A stretch of 64,000 nt of DNA from a virus. The stretch's first letter is position 1, and each line of letters starts with the position of its first letter. The position numbers and the translations under genes are program-made. Shown here in pieces: positions 26,852 to 36,255 of the stretch. Below the pieces are notes generated by a model. It saw only the letters and a program-made list of their open reading frames with translations, did not search any database and had not been told where the DNA came from. The stretch lies in the IMG/VR virus record IMGVR_UViG_3300019487_000024, positions 36,410-100,409 of that record. The stretch is one strand, 5' to 3'.

Positions 26852-27793
26852 TTATTGGTTGAGGAACGAAACGATTCGTTCGTGTAACTGAGGCACCGAA
26901 AGACCGTTCATATCAAGAACTTCCTCTCGTGTGCCGTTATCAAATATGTATCGTTCAGGAAGCCCCAAACGCAAAATTTTGTGGTTCAGTCCAAGGTCAC
27001 ATACAACCTCACAAACCGAAGAACCAAATCCACCGGAAAGTGTTTGTTCTTCGAGGGTTATGACGTGTGAGTACGGATTAAAAGTATTCACAAAGACCTG
27101 AAGATCGATGGGTTTAATCTTCCAAAGGTCAACTACACCCACGTCTAAATTGTGACTTTCCTTCAAACTGTCACGGAGCTTTAAGGCTCGTGGCAATAGG
27201 TGTCCACTGGTCGTAATACATACTTTGTGACCTTGATGTAAGGTACACATGCCACGTTCCACCGTGTCTGTCGTGGCATCCTTGTAGAAATCCACACAGG
27301 ATTTGTCGGTGCCACGCTCCAAACGAACATAGCGGAACTTTGGCTTGTCCAAGGTCAACTTGACCAACGGACGAATGAGATTGTTGTTGGCGGGAGAGTG
27401 AATCTCCAAACCAAGTAGCGAACGCATGTAAGCAATGTCTTCGTTTGGCTCATGGGCAGGACCGGACGGAACATATCCGAGACCGACACCACATGCCAAG
27501 AAGGTGATTGGATTGTTTGCCATTGCACAGGAGTAACGCATCTGCTCAAAGCATCGTGCCGCCCACGAACCCATCGTATAAACATAGACTTTGTATCCAC
27601 GGGATGCAAGACCAGCACCAAAATTGATGGTGTTCTGTTCGGCGATACCCGTTTGAAATACTTGGCGGGGGACTTCCTTACGCCAGAGGTCTAGCGTAGG
27701 TGCTCCCATGTCTGCTGACAAAACGATAACTTTGTCGTTCTTACGTGCTTCTACAAGCAACTCACTCAGAAATTCATCTCTTGGTGCGTTCAT
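26852..27793 (-). CDS. Transketolase-like beta subunit (pyrimidine-binding + C-terminal domains)
   Basis: LSADMG, TGIAEQN, RCFEQMR, GPAH, IKPID, LEEQTLSGGFGS. Start ATG 27793. Confidence 0.9.
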   Translation of the reverse strand: MNAPRDEFLSELLVEARKNDKVIVLSADMGAPTLDLWRKEVPRQVFQTGIAEQNTINFGAGLASRGYKVYVYTMGSWAARCFEQMRYSCAMANNPITFLACGVGLGYVPSGPAHEPNEDIAYMRSLLGLEIHSPANNNLIRPLVKLTLDKPKFRYVRLERGTDKSCVDFYKDATTDTVERGMCTLHQGHKVCITTSGHLLPRALKLRDSLKESHNLDVGVVDLWKIKPIDLQVFVNTFNPYSHVITLEEQTLSGGFGSSVCEVVCDLGLNHKILRLGLPERYIFDNGTREEVLDMNGLSVPQLHERIVSFLNQ

Positions 27794-28554
27794 GCTAATT
27801 CTTCCTTTCCAGTCTTGATAAGGTCTGCCGTTTTTGGAATGATGGTGTGGTACTGCCACTTTCCTTCCATATAGCTTACGCCCTTGCCCTTAACGGTATT
27901 GGCAATCACAACTTCCGGTTGGTCGTCCATCGTAGAGAACGCTGCCCGAAGTTGATCAAAGTCATGTCCATCCACTTCGGTTACTTTGAACCCGAAGCTT
28001 TCAAACTTGGCACGCAATGGTTCTAAGCGAAGCAATTCTTCCGTTCCTCCAAGGATGCACAGTTGGTTTCTGTCCACAATCAACTTCATGTTGTTGAGCT
28101 TGTGGTGAGCGATGAATGTGAGGGTTTCCCACACAGAGCCTTCATACAGTTCTCCGTCTCCGAGGATGACGAAAACCTTCTTGTCATTATCATATGCGAG
28201 TCCAGCGGCATAACCAATACCATTGCCGAGAGAACCACCTACGAAATGACATCCGGGGATGCTTGCGTCAGAGTGAAGACGAAGGATTCCACCCTTGCGG
28301 CAATACTTGTCCAGTTCTTCCGCAGGCACCAAGCCACGGTCCACCAAGATAGGATAAATGGCGGGCGACCCATGTGCTTTGCTGAAGATTAGGATGTCAC
28401 TGTCGGGGTTGAAGACAGTCTTGTCATAATGCAAGGACACCAATACATCCACAGTGGACAACGAACTTGCTAAGTGACCGACTCCCGATGATGTTTTGAA
28501 ATCAAAGATTCGGCGTCTGACAGACTTTGCTATTTCTTTCAATTTTTCGTTCAT
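27790..28554 (-). CDS. Transketolase-like alpha subunit (TPP-binding)
   Basis: GHLASSLS, FSKAHG, GSLGNG, GDGELYEGSVWE, DRN, TVKGKGVSYME. Confidence 0.9.
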   Translation of the reverse strand: MNEKLKEIAKSVRRRIFDFKTSSGVGHLASSLSTVDVLVSLHYDKTVFNPDSDILIFSKAHGSPAIYPILVDRGLVPAEELDKYCRKGGILRLHSDASIPGCHFVGGSLGNGIGYAAGLAYDNDKKVFVILGDGELYEGSVWETLTFIAHHKLNNMKLIVDRNQLCILGGTEELLRLEPLRAKFESFGFKVTEVDGHDFDQLRAAFSTMDDQPEVVIANTVKGKGVSYMEGKWQYHTIIPKTADLIKTGKEELA

Positions 28555-29507
28555 ACGATTTTCTCTCTGTAGTGTTGCAACAAAAATTCAATGCTCTCGT
28601 CCAATGTTCGAGTAGCTTTCCATCCTGTTTGGTTCTTGAACTTGGATACGTCAGGAATTTGCATAGTTACGTCCACGGGACGCAGTAAGGACTTGTCCAA
28701 TTCAGTTGGAACAGGAACCTTAGCGTGGTCAACGAGCTTCTGCAAAAATTGTCCAACGGTAAGATACTCCGTTCCACCGATGTTGTACTCTTCTCCATGC
28801 ACGCAATTGATTGCGGCTTGCCAATAGGCTTCCATAATGTCTCTGACATCAATGATGGTTCTTGTGGAGTCCAAGTTGCCATGTGTAATGACTTTCCTCT
28901 TACTTTTTTCAATCTCAACGACTTGACGAGCAAAGGCACTTGAGAAAATATCAGGTCGGCGAGGATTGATGTAAGTGAACGCCCTCGTCAGGACCACGGG
29001 AATACCATATGAAAGCCAATAGGACTTGCATAGCTTCTCTTGAGCCAGCTTGCTAATCGCATAGACATTCACGGGGTCAATCTTCTGGCTCTCCTTGATG
29101 GGAGTATCCTCTACTCGCACTTGTCCATAGACTTCGGATGTGCCACAAAATTGAATCACTGGCTTCATCTTCAGAATACGAACTGCTTCAAGCAAGTTAA
29201 GTGTTCCATTGACATTGTTATTGAAAATGGAACTAGGATTTACAAAGCAAAGCCTCACGTTGGCATGTGATGCCATGTGGAAGATGTAATCTGGCTGTGC
29301 TTCTTCCAGTGCCCGAATTACCGCACCCATATCGGTCAAATCACACTCAAATAGCTTTACCTTATCTTGGACTTTCTCAAGATTGGATGAACGGTCGGTG
29401 TGCCATCGAGTAATACCTTGAACTTCAAGGTTTTCTTTCGTAACCAAGTGCTCGGCAAGATAACTTGCCCCGCTACCATTGATTCCTGTAATCAGTGCTT
29501 TCTTCAT
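28551..29507 (-). CDS. GDP-mannose/GDP-heptose 4,6-dehydratase-like SDR
   Basis: ALITGINGSGASYLAEHL, TSEVYG, YAISK, GNLDSTR, LLRPVDV. Confidence 0.8.
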   Translation of the reverse strand: MKKALITGINGSGASYLAEHLVTKENLEVQGITRWHTDRSSNLEKVQDKVKLFECDLTDMGAVIRALEEAQPDYIFHMASHANVRLCFVNPSSIFNNNVNGTLNLLEAVRILKMKPVIQFCGTSEVYGQVRVEDTPIKESQKIDPVNVYAISKLAQEKLCKSYWLSYGIPVVLTRAFTYINPRRPDIFSSAFARQVVEIEKSKRKVITHGNLDSTRTIIDVRDIMEAYWQAAINCVHGEEYNIGGTEYLTVGQFLQKLVDHAKVPVPTELDKSLLRPVDVTMQIPDVSKFKNQTGWKATRTLDESIEFLLQHYREKIV

Positions 29508-30370
29508 AGAGTTTCAAGAAATGCTTTCTTGTGGTTGAACAACCAATTTACAGTGCCGGTATATTCTGCGGCTCTTTTTTGATTGTCTATGACCGCTTCC
29601 ATCTTGGAGTTGTAAAGCTCAAGGCTCAATCCGTTAATGATTCCTTCCAATTGATCCACGGTCTCAAATTGAATGATGCCATCCATGTTGAAGTGTTTCT
29701 TCACTCCATCTGTGCCCCGATAGATTGGAATGGTTCCAAGAACTAAGGCATCGGTCAGTTGTTCCGAAAAGAAGTCGTCTATCTTCGTGTTTGGAACGAC
29801 AATGGTAAAACAATAGGGTGCCAAGGCAATAACTTTTCCAAATGCACCTTGCTTGTTGATGATGTCGTTGTATCCACTGCCATAGACATCAATCTTTCCC
29901 TGAAATCGGTTGATGATTTCATGACGCATTCTATGACCCTCGGTCCAGTTTTTGAAAGATGCGATGGCGGACAGCAATCGTTCTTTTTCGTACAGACCAA
30001 AGTCTTTTTGATCGATGAAACAATCTTGAGCGGGTACCCAAGTAAATTTGGATTCTCCAACCAAATCTTTGAGGCACAAGAACGGACTCATGATGTGGTC
30101 AAAGTGTTGGTGATTGTCTTTCAGCCATTCGTATGGATGAAACAAGTGCGGATTGCACGCCTTGGCATTGTCATAGATGGTAGGAACTTCAACCACCAGA
30201 GCAACCTTCTTTCCGCTGACCTGAGTATGTGTAGTAAGAAGTGTGTCTTCAAAAATATGAAGATCACCATTGGGGTTTCCACAATACCATGCCCATGCTT
30301 CTGGCGTTGGGGCTACCGTATTGATGTAGTCCTCAAACTTCTTGGTTGTGTGTGCTGTAACCGTGTTCAT
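29504..30370 (-). CDS. GT10-like (alpha-1,3-fucosyltransferase-like) glycosyltransferase
   Basis: IASFK...GHRMRHEI...IDVYGSG...Y.FTI...N...DFFSEQLTDALVLGTIPIYRG. Start ATG 30370. Confidence 0.7.
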   Translation of the reverse strand: MNTVTAHTTKKFEDYINTVAPTPEAWAWYCGNPNGDLHIFEDTLLTTHTQVSGKKVALVVEVPTIYDNAKACNPHLFHPYEWLKDNHQHFDHIMSPFLCLKDLVGESKFTWVPAQDCFIDQKDFGLYEKERLLSAIASFKNWTEGHRMRHEIINRFQGKIDVYGSGYNDIINKQGAFGKVIALAPYCFTIVVPNTKIDDFFSEQLTDALVLGTIPIYRGTDGVKKHFNMDGIIQFETVDQLEGIINGLSLELYNSKMEAVIDNQKRAAEYTGTVNWLFNHKKAFLETL

Positions 30371-31905
30371 ATTCTGATCCAACTGTCGAGAATTAAGTCT
30401 TCGTAAAGAAATCCATCCGCAATCAATGCCGGTCCAAACCATGTGGACGGAACTATAACCTTAGCATCGGGCATTCGGTGCAGATATGCTGCCCACCATC
30501 CGAAGCTACTATTGGAGATAATGATGTTCTTGCAACTGGCAATTGTGTACAGTTCGCAATAGTCCTCATCTTTTATGTATTGGACATTACGGTCAAATTT
30601 CAAATTTTCCTTACACCACTCGATGTCATCGCTGAAAATGTAGATATTTGGAGTATCCGTCAATTCCACCGCCTTTTTATAGTATTCGGAAGTGAGCATT
30701 GGGTGGTGATCTGGAAACTTTTTGTAATCCCCTCGACGAACCTGAATAGCCGTTGCTTCGGTCGTCATTCGGTAGTGAGAATCAACCAATGTATCTACGG
30801 TGTTCTTGTCCCAAAACAAATCACGGATGTAATCCTGATTGTGATGGAAGTACTTGTAGGATTGATAATGTCCGCCCAGCTTGACGTTGGGTTGGAATGG
30901 AATTTCTTTGTATCCAATCTTATCCCAAGAGTAACGAGTCTTTAGGGGTGGGTTCTTATCAAGATGAATCTTTGAAAAGACGTTGGCAACGTAGTTGTTT
31001 ACGTTCCTACCTTGATTTGGAAGAATATGCTCATTGGGATTAACGACCAATAGAGCATTGTTATCCTTTGCTAACGAAGCCGCAGCCGCAACTTCAAACA
31101 TTTGATTCCCCAAGCCCCCGGCTAAGGTAGGTGATACGATGGCTAGTTCGTTGTATTTTGGTCGGCGGCGAATTTCATTTTCATAAATCACGCCGATATT
31201 GTTCACCTTGTTCTCAATGCAGCCACGGCTTGCGTTAGCATTGGCGTTGTTCCAAATGTAAATATGTTGATCAACTCGGAAAATCTTATCCGAAGGACAC
31301 ATCTCAAGAAAAGCGTACATCAAAACCAAGTCTTCCAAGGTCATGTACTCACCATCGGTCGTTGAAATAAGGTCTTTCTTGTTCACCTTTTTCCACAGGA
31401 ACCCACGGCAAGTGCGAAAGTGTGAATATCTCCACAGGTCTTGGCGATAGAGCTTGTGCAACTTGACTTCTGCGGGGGCTTCGGAGTTCTGTGGGAAAGC
31501 TTCTTGGGTGCTATCCCCTCCATTCCACACAATCATGCCGCCATACGTCATCCAACAGTCGGTTTTGTTGTAAACCTCGTTGAGATAGTTCAAGACTTCT
31601 TCGTTGGCGAGAAAATCATCACCATCAAGAACACACACGATGTCGTTGTCGTTGATTTGTTCCCAATTCTCCACATCAGCCAAGAACCAAGACTTCAAAT
31701 GACGTTCTGGACTTGTATGCAAAGAGACACGAGCGTCAGTATCAGCGTACTTTTGGACAATCTCCCCCGTTTTGTCGGTGGAGCAAGCGTTGTAGTAAAT
31801 GATCTTGAAGTTCTTATGAGTCTGTGTAAGCACAGATTCAACGTTCTGAGCAGCCCATTGCTCATTGTTATAACTTCCTATGAGTATTATGAACCTGTTA
31901 TTCAC
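30367..31905 (-). CDS. Bifunctional GT2 + GT11 (alpha-1,2-fucosyltransferase-like) glycosyltransferase
   Basis: N-terminus SYNNE...SVLTQ...LDGDDFL; C-terminus GGLGNQMFE, QVRRGDY, FSDDIEWC, SNSSFGWWAAYL. Confidence 0.88.
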   Translation of the reverse strand: MNNRFIILIGSYNNEQWAAQNVESVLTQTHKNFKIIYYNACSTDKTGEIVQKYADTDARVSLHTSPERHLKSWFLADVENWEQINDNDIVCVLDGDDFLANEEVLNYLNEVYNKTDCWMTYGGMIVWNGGDSTQEAFPQNSEAPAEVKLHKLYRQDLWRYSHFRTCRGFLWKKVNKKDLISTTDGEYMTLEDLVLMYAFLEMCPSDKIFRVDQHIYIWNNANANASRGCIENKVNNIGVIYENEIRRRPKYNELAIVSPTLAGGLGNQMFEVAAAASLAKDNNALLVVNPNEHILPNQGRNVNNYVANVFSKIHLDKNPPLKTRYSWDKIGYKEIPFQPNVKLGGHYQSYKYFHHNQDYIRDLFWDKNTVDTLVDSHYRMTTEATAIQVRRGDYKKFPDHHPMLTSEYYKKAVELTDTPNIYIFSDDIEWCKENLKFDRNVQYIKDEDYCELYTIASCKNIIISNSSFGWWAAYLHRMPDAKVIVPSTWFGPALIADGFLYEDLILDSWIRI

Positions 31906-32884
31906 CTAATACTCCTTTCACATGAGTAAGCCATCGGGCTTGGTCCAAATAGAAGCTTTGCTTTAGTCCTAGTCTAGCATGAGCACTAACATGGTCATAG
32001 AATCCCTTATCTGAGCGAAGTTGAATCGCAAGGTGTCTAGCCATATGAATGTCATTCACGTCAACGCTCAGTTCGGGGAACAAGAATGCTTGGGTGTCAA
32101 CCTTTTCGTTGCCTATGCATGGAATGCCGAAATATGCACAGTTCATGCTGAAAGTGCCTGCGGCAACGGTGGGCATGAGATTGACTGCATATTTGAAAGT
32201 AGAAAGCTGTGTCATCCAATCATTCCACATGACCCACGGCAAATGCGTCAGTCCGGGAACTTGTTCTTCACCCGCACGTTTACAATGAGACGCAGGCACA
32301 AAAAGAGGAACTTGAAATTCTGTTGCTACGACGTAGCTCTGAAACCCACCATACCACCGGGCAAAGTTCCCGCCTACAATTGCCTTTTCTTCGGGGGCAG
32401 GAGGCACATTGATTGAAAGCATCAAGGAAGGAATGACTGCAACTTTAGTTTGCGGGAATAGTCCCTTATAGAAATGAGTATCATATTCGTTATGGGCGAA
32501 CAGTACGTCACATTCCGAGAGATGGTTATAGAAATTGAACTGAGTAGGTAAATCGTACTCATTAAAGAACCAAGACGGACCTTCTTGAACATTGCATACC
32601 TTTTGGTTGTTCTTCTTGAGGGTTTCAACTATTGGTTTGGCATAGATGCTGATGTCCTTATCGGCACCGGGAGTACTCATTTCAACTCCGACCGTATTGA
32701 GCTTTACGGTCGCCTTGGGGAATATGATGAATACTGCGTCGTAGCCTTTAACCTTCTCGAATTGATGTATGTTGTAATGATCTGCGTCAAGCGTATTCAT
32801 CCACGCAAATTCCGTTCGCATGTTTGTATGATCATGAGGAATTTTCCCCATGAATGGCATTTCTGTAAGGAACGCTGACTTCAT
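31898..32884 (-). CDS. Putative GT-B glycosyltransferase
   Basis: C-terminal AVNLMPTVAAGTFSMNCAYFGIPCIG resembles the GT-B nucleotide-binding signature; located inside the glycan cluster. Confidence 0.6.
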   Translation of the reverse strand: MKSAFLTEMPFMGKIPHDHTNMRTEFAWMNTLDADHYNIHQFEKVKGYDAVFIIFPKATVKLNTVGVEMSTPGADKDISIYAKPIVETLKKNNQKVCNVQEGPSWFFNEYDLPTQFNFYNHLSECDVLFAHNEYDTHFYKGLFPQTKVAVIPSLMLSINVPPAPEEKAIVGGNFARWYGGFQSYVVATEFQVPLFVPASHCKRAGEEQVPGLTHLPWVMWNDWMTQLSTFKYAVNLMPTVAAGTFSMNCAYFGIPCIGNEKVDTQAFLFPELSVDVNDIHMARHLAIQLRSDKGFYDHVSAHARLGLKQSFYLDQARWLTHVKGVLGE

Positions 32885-33336
32885 TTGTAATTCACGATGT
32901 AATCGGAACAGATTCCAAGGCACTTCTTCAGTTGTGCCTTTGTGTATTTCGCTCTCTCAGGAAGCACACAGATTGAAATGCTTGTTAATGGTTTACCGGG
33001 GAATGTACATAGGATTCCGGGGTGACTCGTCATGGCATGAGTATCCGTTTCATGCCAAAAGAATGTGGGAGTGGGAAGAAAATTCAGTTTATTGACTGAC
33101 AGAGTAACCATTGCTGTGGAATTCTTACAATGCACCCACAAATTCGGAGTAAGATAAACGAAGCTTTGATCGATCTTGTATTGTGGCTTGTCGTGCCCCA
33201 ACCACCATCCACGCTCATACCACACATCAATCTCCACGGCGAACTTTTTGTTCAACGCCTCAAGGATATACGAAGGATGATTCTCCCGCTTTGGGTTTGG
33301 TCCGGTGAGATTTCCTCTATGTGAAATGAGTATCAT
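32881..33336 (-). CDS. Minimal glycerophosphodiester-phosphodiesterase-like protein
   Basis: ISHRGN...EN...VEIDVW...LGHD...WVHCKN...FWHE...ICSD. Start ATG 33336. Confidence 0.75.
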   Translation of the reverse strand: MILISHRGNLTGPNPKRENHPSYILEALNKKFAVEIDVWYERGWWLGHDKPQYKIDQSFVYLTPNLWVHCKNSTAMVTLSVNKLNFLPTPTFFWHETDTHAMTSHPGILCTFPGKPLTSISICVLPERAKYTKAQLKKCLGICSDYIVNYK

Positions 33337-33343
33337 TTTTCCA

Positions 33344-33372
33344 ATAATACTACATTGGAAGGCATAGATCAA
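33344..33372 (-). promoter_or_regulatory. Putative internal sigma70-type promoter
   Basis: TTGATC-17bp-TATTAT, 7 nt upstream of ATG 33336. Confidence 0.5.
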
Positions 33373-33391
33373 CTTATTATAAGTGAAACAA

Positions 33392-33655
33392 TCAACCTGC
33401 GTCAAAAAAGTATCCCGAATCCCGTGGGGAATCGCCGGGAGACTCACTTTTGAGCGGTTTTGTTGGGTCTGGAAGGGTTCCTTCCCACTTGAACTTAGGG
33501 CGGAAATCTCCATCACCATCAGAAAATATACCTACGGGACGTGATGACCCCATTCCACCAAGCTGTTCCATTTTCTTTAACATACCGAGAAAGTGCGGCA
33601 CCCATCGGGATTTCATTTCGCACTCAATGGTGAATTTTGTCGTCTCTTTGCTCAT
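33392..33655 (-). CDS. Hypothetical protein
   Basis: 87-aa ORF with GSSR...FSDGDGDFRPKF and a YFFDAG end. Confidence 0.7.
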   Translation of the reverse strand: MSKETTKFTIECEMKSRWVPHFLGMLKKMEQLGGMGSSRPVGIFSDGDGDFRPKFKWEGTLPDPTKPLKSESPGDSPRDSGYFFDAG

Positions 33656-33656
33656 A

Positions 33657-34388
33657 TCAGTAAGTCAGGCTAACTGCGTTATCCATTACCATGTTTTTGT
33701 GGTAATTGGCGTCGTTCCACTCTTCAAAGTCCCACTTAACAGTCTTGAGGTTATCAAAGAACTGACGGACTTCGTTCAAACGAGAATCCCACACGTTGTC
33801 AATAACAATTACAGTGTCTTTGTGGGCAACTCGGAGTGCCATGTTGAAGTCTTCGTTGGCACCGTCAAATGAATGATCGCCGTCAACGAAGATAAGGTCA
33901 TACGTCCCACCGAAGTCTTTGGCTCGTTCGGTGAGGATTTCAAAGTTCTTTTCACGCACCTGTTCATAAGTCATGTTCTTGAACTCAGGAAACACAATCA
34001 AGGGGTCGTTGTACTTCCAAGGGTCTGCGTAGGTTGGGAAGGAATACCAATATCCGGGACGAACACGCTTATTGGTTGGTACACGATTGACTTCGCCGGT
34101 ATAACCACCACGCTTGATGTCGAATGAATCAACAATCCCCGAAGTATCCACTCCATAGATTTCATCCATAGCTCTTCCCATTGAGTCGGAGCTTTCATAA
34201 TGCATGGAACCGATTTCAAGGCAGTTCTTGGGCTTCAGCATCTTAACGAGAGTGTACAGACAGTTGCGAGCATGAGTTGCAGCACCGGCATACTTGGTGC
34301 CTTGAAGGATGCCATTCTCTGGACCTTTGTCCACGTAGTTGTTTTTGAATTCGGCTTTGATGAATTCGATTTGATTGGCGTAGTTCAT
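33657..34388 (-). CDS. Class I SAM-dependent methyltransferase (Methyltransf_24-like)
   Basis: KPKNCLEIGS, YDLIFVDGDHS, IVIDN. Confidence 0.85.
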   Translation of the reverse strand: MNYANQIEFIKAEFKNNYVDKGPENGILQGTKYAGAATHARNCLYTLVKMLKPKNCLEIGSMHYESSDSMGRAMDEIYGVDTSGIVDSFDIKRGGYTGEVNRVPTNKRVRPGYWYSFPTYADPWKYNDPLIVFPEFKNMTYEQVREKNFEILTERAKDFGGTYDLIFVDGDHSFDGANEDFNMALRVAHKDTVIVIDNVWDSRLNEVRQFFDNLKTVKWDFEEWNDANYHKNMVMDNAVSLTY

Positions 34389-35023
34389 AATAGTCCTAGT
34401 TGTCTAAATTGTTCTGTCACCGATGGTAAAAGCTTCTTGGAATCCAAATGACAATAGTCTTTGTAGTATTCCATTTTGGTTAATCCATCCCCGTCAATTA
34501 AATCACGAACAATTGACGTAAAGCCAATTCCATGTTGCTTGCACAGGGTTTCCAAGTAATCATTCCATCTCAATGAGATTTTATTGCGAGTAAGGCAATC
34601 TCCAAATACTGGTTCGCTTGGGTTGTCATCGTGTCCACGAGTTGTTGATGGATGCCCGCCCCAAGCAAGGACATTGTATCCATTTTCTTGCAAGTGTTTG
34701 TGTGCTCGAAAGAAACGGTCTAGGCATTCATCTACAACTGTTTCTACAGGACGCTTTTGAGCATCTGCTTGCTTTGGCAAATGCCATCGGCAATCTACTT
34801 CTCCCACGGCAATCATTACATAGTCTCGTGGAGTAACAGGAAGTCCGTTAAGCATTCCAATCATGGTTGGATAGTGATGCTCAAAGAAATTGTATGCAAT
34901 CACCGGACCAAGTGAGAAAGATTGAAAGTGCTCATTTTCATTTTCATTTTCTCCTTTTCCAAACCTTGCGGGTGTAGAATCGGTGAAGAAATGAGCATGG
35001 CTGTTTCCAAAGACGTAAATCAT
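34385..35023 (-). CDS. SGNH-hydrolase-like protein (possible sugar O-acyl esterase or transferase)
   Basis: YVFGNSH (block I), GEVDCRWH, DYCH (DxxH). Start ATG 35023. Confidence 0.65.
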   Translation of the reverse strand: MIYVFGNSHAHFFTDSTPARFGKGENENENEHFQSFSLGPVIAYNFFEHHYPTMIGMLNGLPVTPRDYVMIAVGEVDCRWHLPKQADAQKRPVETVVDECLDRFFRAHKHLQENGYNVLAWGGHPSTTRGHDDNPSEPVFGDCLTRNKISLRWNDYLETLCKQHGIGFTSIVRDLIDGDGLTKMEYYKDYCHLDSKKLLPSVTEQFRQLGLL

Positions 35024-35268
35024 AATGTTCGTTTGTGTAAATCTTTTGAACCCAGCAATTTCAAGACTGAAAGCCACTTCTCTTTTGAATCATACTCGGT
35101 TTCTATGAGTCCCGACCTCAGAGTAAATTCTATAAAATACAAGGTTTCGTGTTCTATCCATGATTGAATCCCAATCAGTTCATCTTTCTTAATAGAGACG
35201 TGTGGAACTCCATTGATCAAGATAGAAATGGTGTACGCCGTAACCTTTATCTCATAGACATCTTTCAT
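35020..35268 (-). CDS. Hypothetical protein
   Basis: 82-aa ORF with ATGA overlaps on both sides. Confidence 0.65.
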   Translation of the reverse strand: MKDVYEIKVTAYTISILINGVPHVSIKKDELIGIQSWIEHETLYFIEFTLRSGLIETEYDSKEKWLSVLKLLGSKDLHKRTL

Positions 35269-35585
35269 ACAAGATACTTGTCCCCTTTCACACTTGGAGT
35301 TTTAATGACACATGTAACCGCATCCGTAAGAGCCGAAAAACTAGCAGTTTCTCCCCGCTTGATTCTTATTACATCGTCAGCATTGTGTACAATTCCATTC
35401 AATACAACTGTTCCAGATACCACGATGGTAATCTCTTCGGCTTCTTTGTGATAGTGAGTTGTATCTACATCACCGGCCTTGTAACGCTTAACGGCTACTT
35501 CAAAGTCTTTGGTTTTTAGAAGCGACGGGTCAAAGTCTCCGACAACCCATCCACCAACAAAGTTATTGAGATTGTAGGTTAACAT
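35265..35585 (-). CDS. Cupin-fold protein
   Basis: GGWVVGDFDP, HYHKEAEEITIVVSG, KTPSVKGDKY. Confidence 0.8.
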   Translation of the reverse strand: MLTYNLNNFVGGWVVGDFDPSLLKTKDFEVAVKRYKAGDVDTTHYHKEAEEITIVVSGTVVLNGIVHNADDVIRIKRGETASFSALTDAVTCVIKTPSVKGDKYLV

Positions 35586-36255
35586 AATCTTGCATTTGCT
35601 TTAGCTTCTCAGGTGTAATGGCACTAAACACAGGGTCTTTTGGTTTCAAAAGCTTTGCTTGTGAATGCGTATTGATAGAAAAGTTGTAATGCTCTCGAAC
35701 TTGACGGGACCACACAACATCCTCGCTTTCACCCCAAGACAAACGCTCATCCAACGGAAACCTTTGCATGACAGCACGTTTTGCAACCCAATATGCTCCT
35801 GAGATGTACATACACTTCGTCAAATTGGTGACTGTGTATGGAAGTAGTCGGCCTCGGTTGTATCGGTCGGGGTCATCATCCGAAATCCAAATAGTCCAAT
35901 CACGGAAGCGACTCCCATCCGCATTCAAGATTGGTGTCATGCAAATGTCAAAATCGTTACCAAACTTTTTGAATCCATCATACCATCCGGGGACAAGTGT
36001 CACATAGTCATGGAAATATACTACGTTCTCATACTTGGCTGTTTCCGTGATGATGTTCTTCTTCCGAGTAATCCACATCGGCTTTTTGGATTCATCAAAC
36101 GGAATAACTTGCATTACATCGTTCTTGTGGGCTTCGTTTCCACCAACGATGATGATTTCAAACTCTGGAATGTTTTCGTCACAGATTATATCAACAATCT
36201 GTTGTAAGAACCCGCTACTGCCGGGAGAAGTTATGATTCCAAAGGTAAAGTTCAT
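35563..36255 (-). CDS. GT-A (GT2-like) glycosyltransferase
   Basis: FTFGIIT, EIIIVGG, WITRKKN, YFHDY, LDERLSWGESEDV. Confidence 0.8.
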   Translation of the reverse strand: MNFTFGIITSPGSSGFLQQIVDIICDENIPEFEIIIVGGNEAHKNDVMQVIPFDESKKPMWITRKKNIITETAKYENVVYFHDYVTLVPGWYDGFKKFGNDFDICMTPILNADGSRFRDWTIWISDDDPDRYNRGRLLPYTVTNLTKCMYISGAYWVAKRAVMQRFPLDERLSWGESEDVVWSRQVREHYNFSINTHSQAKLLKPKDPVFSAITPEKLKQMQDYVNLQSQ

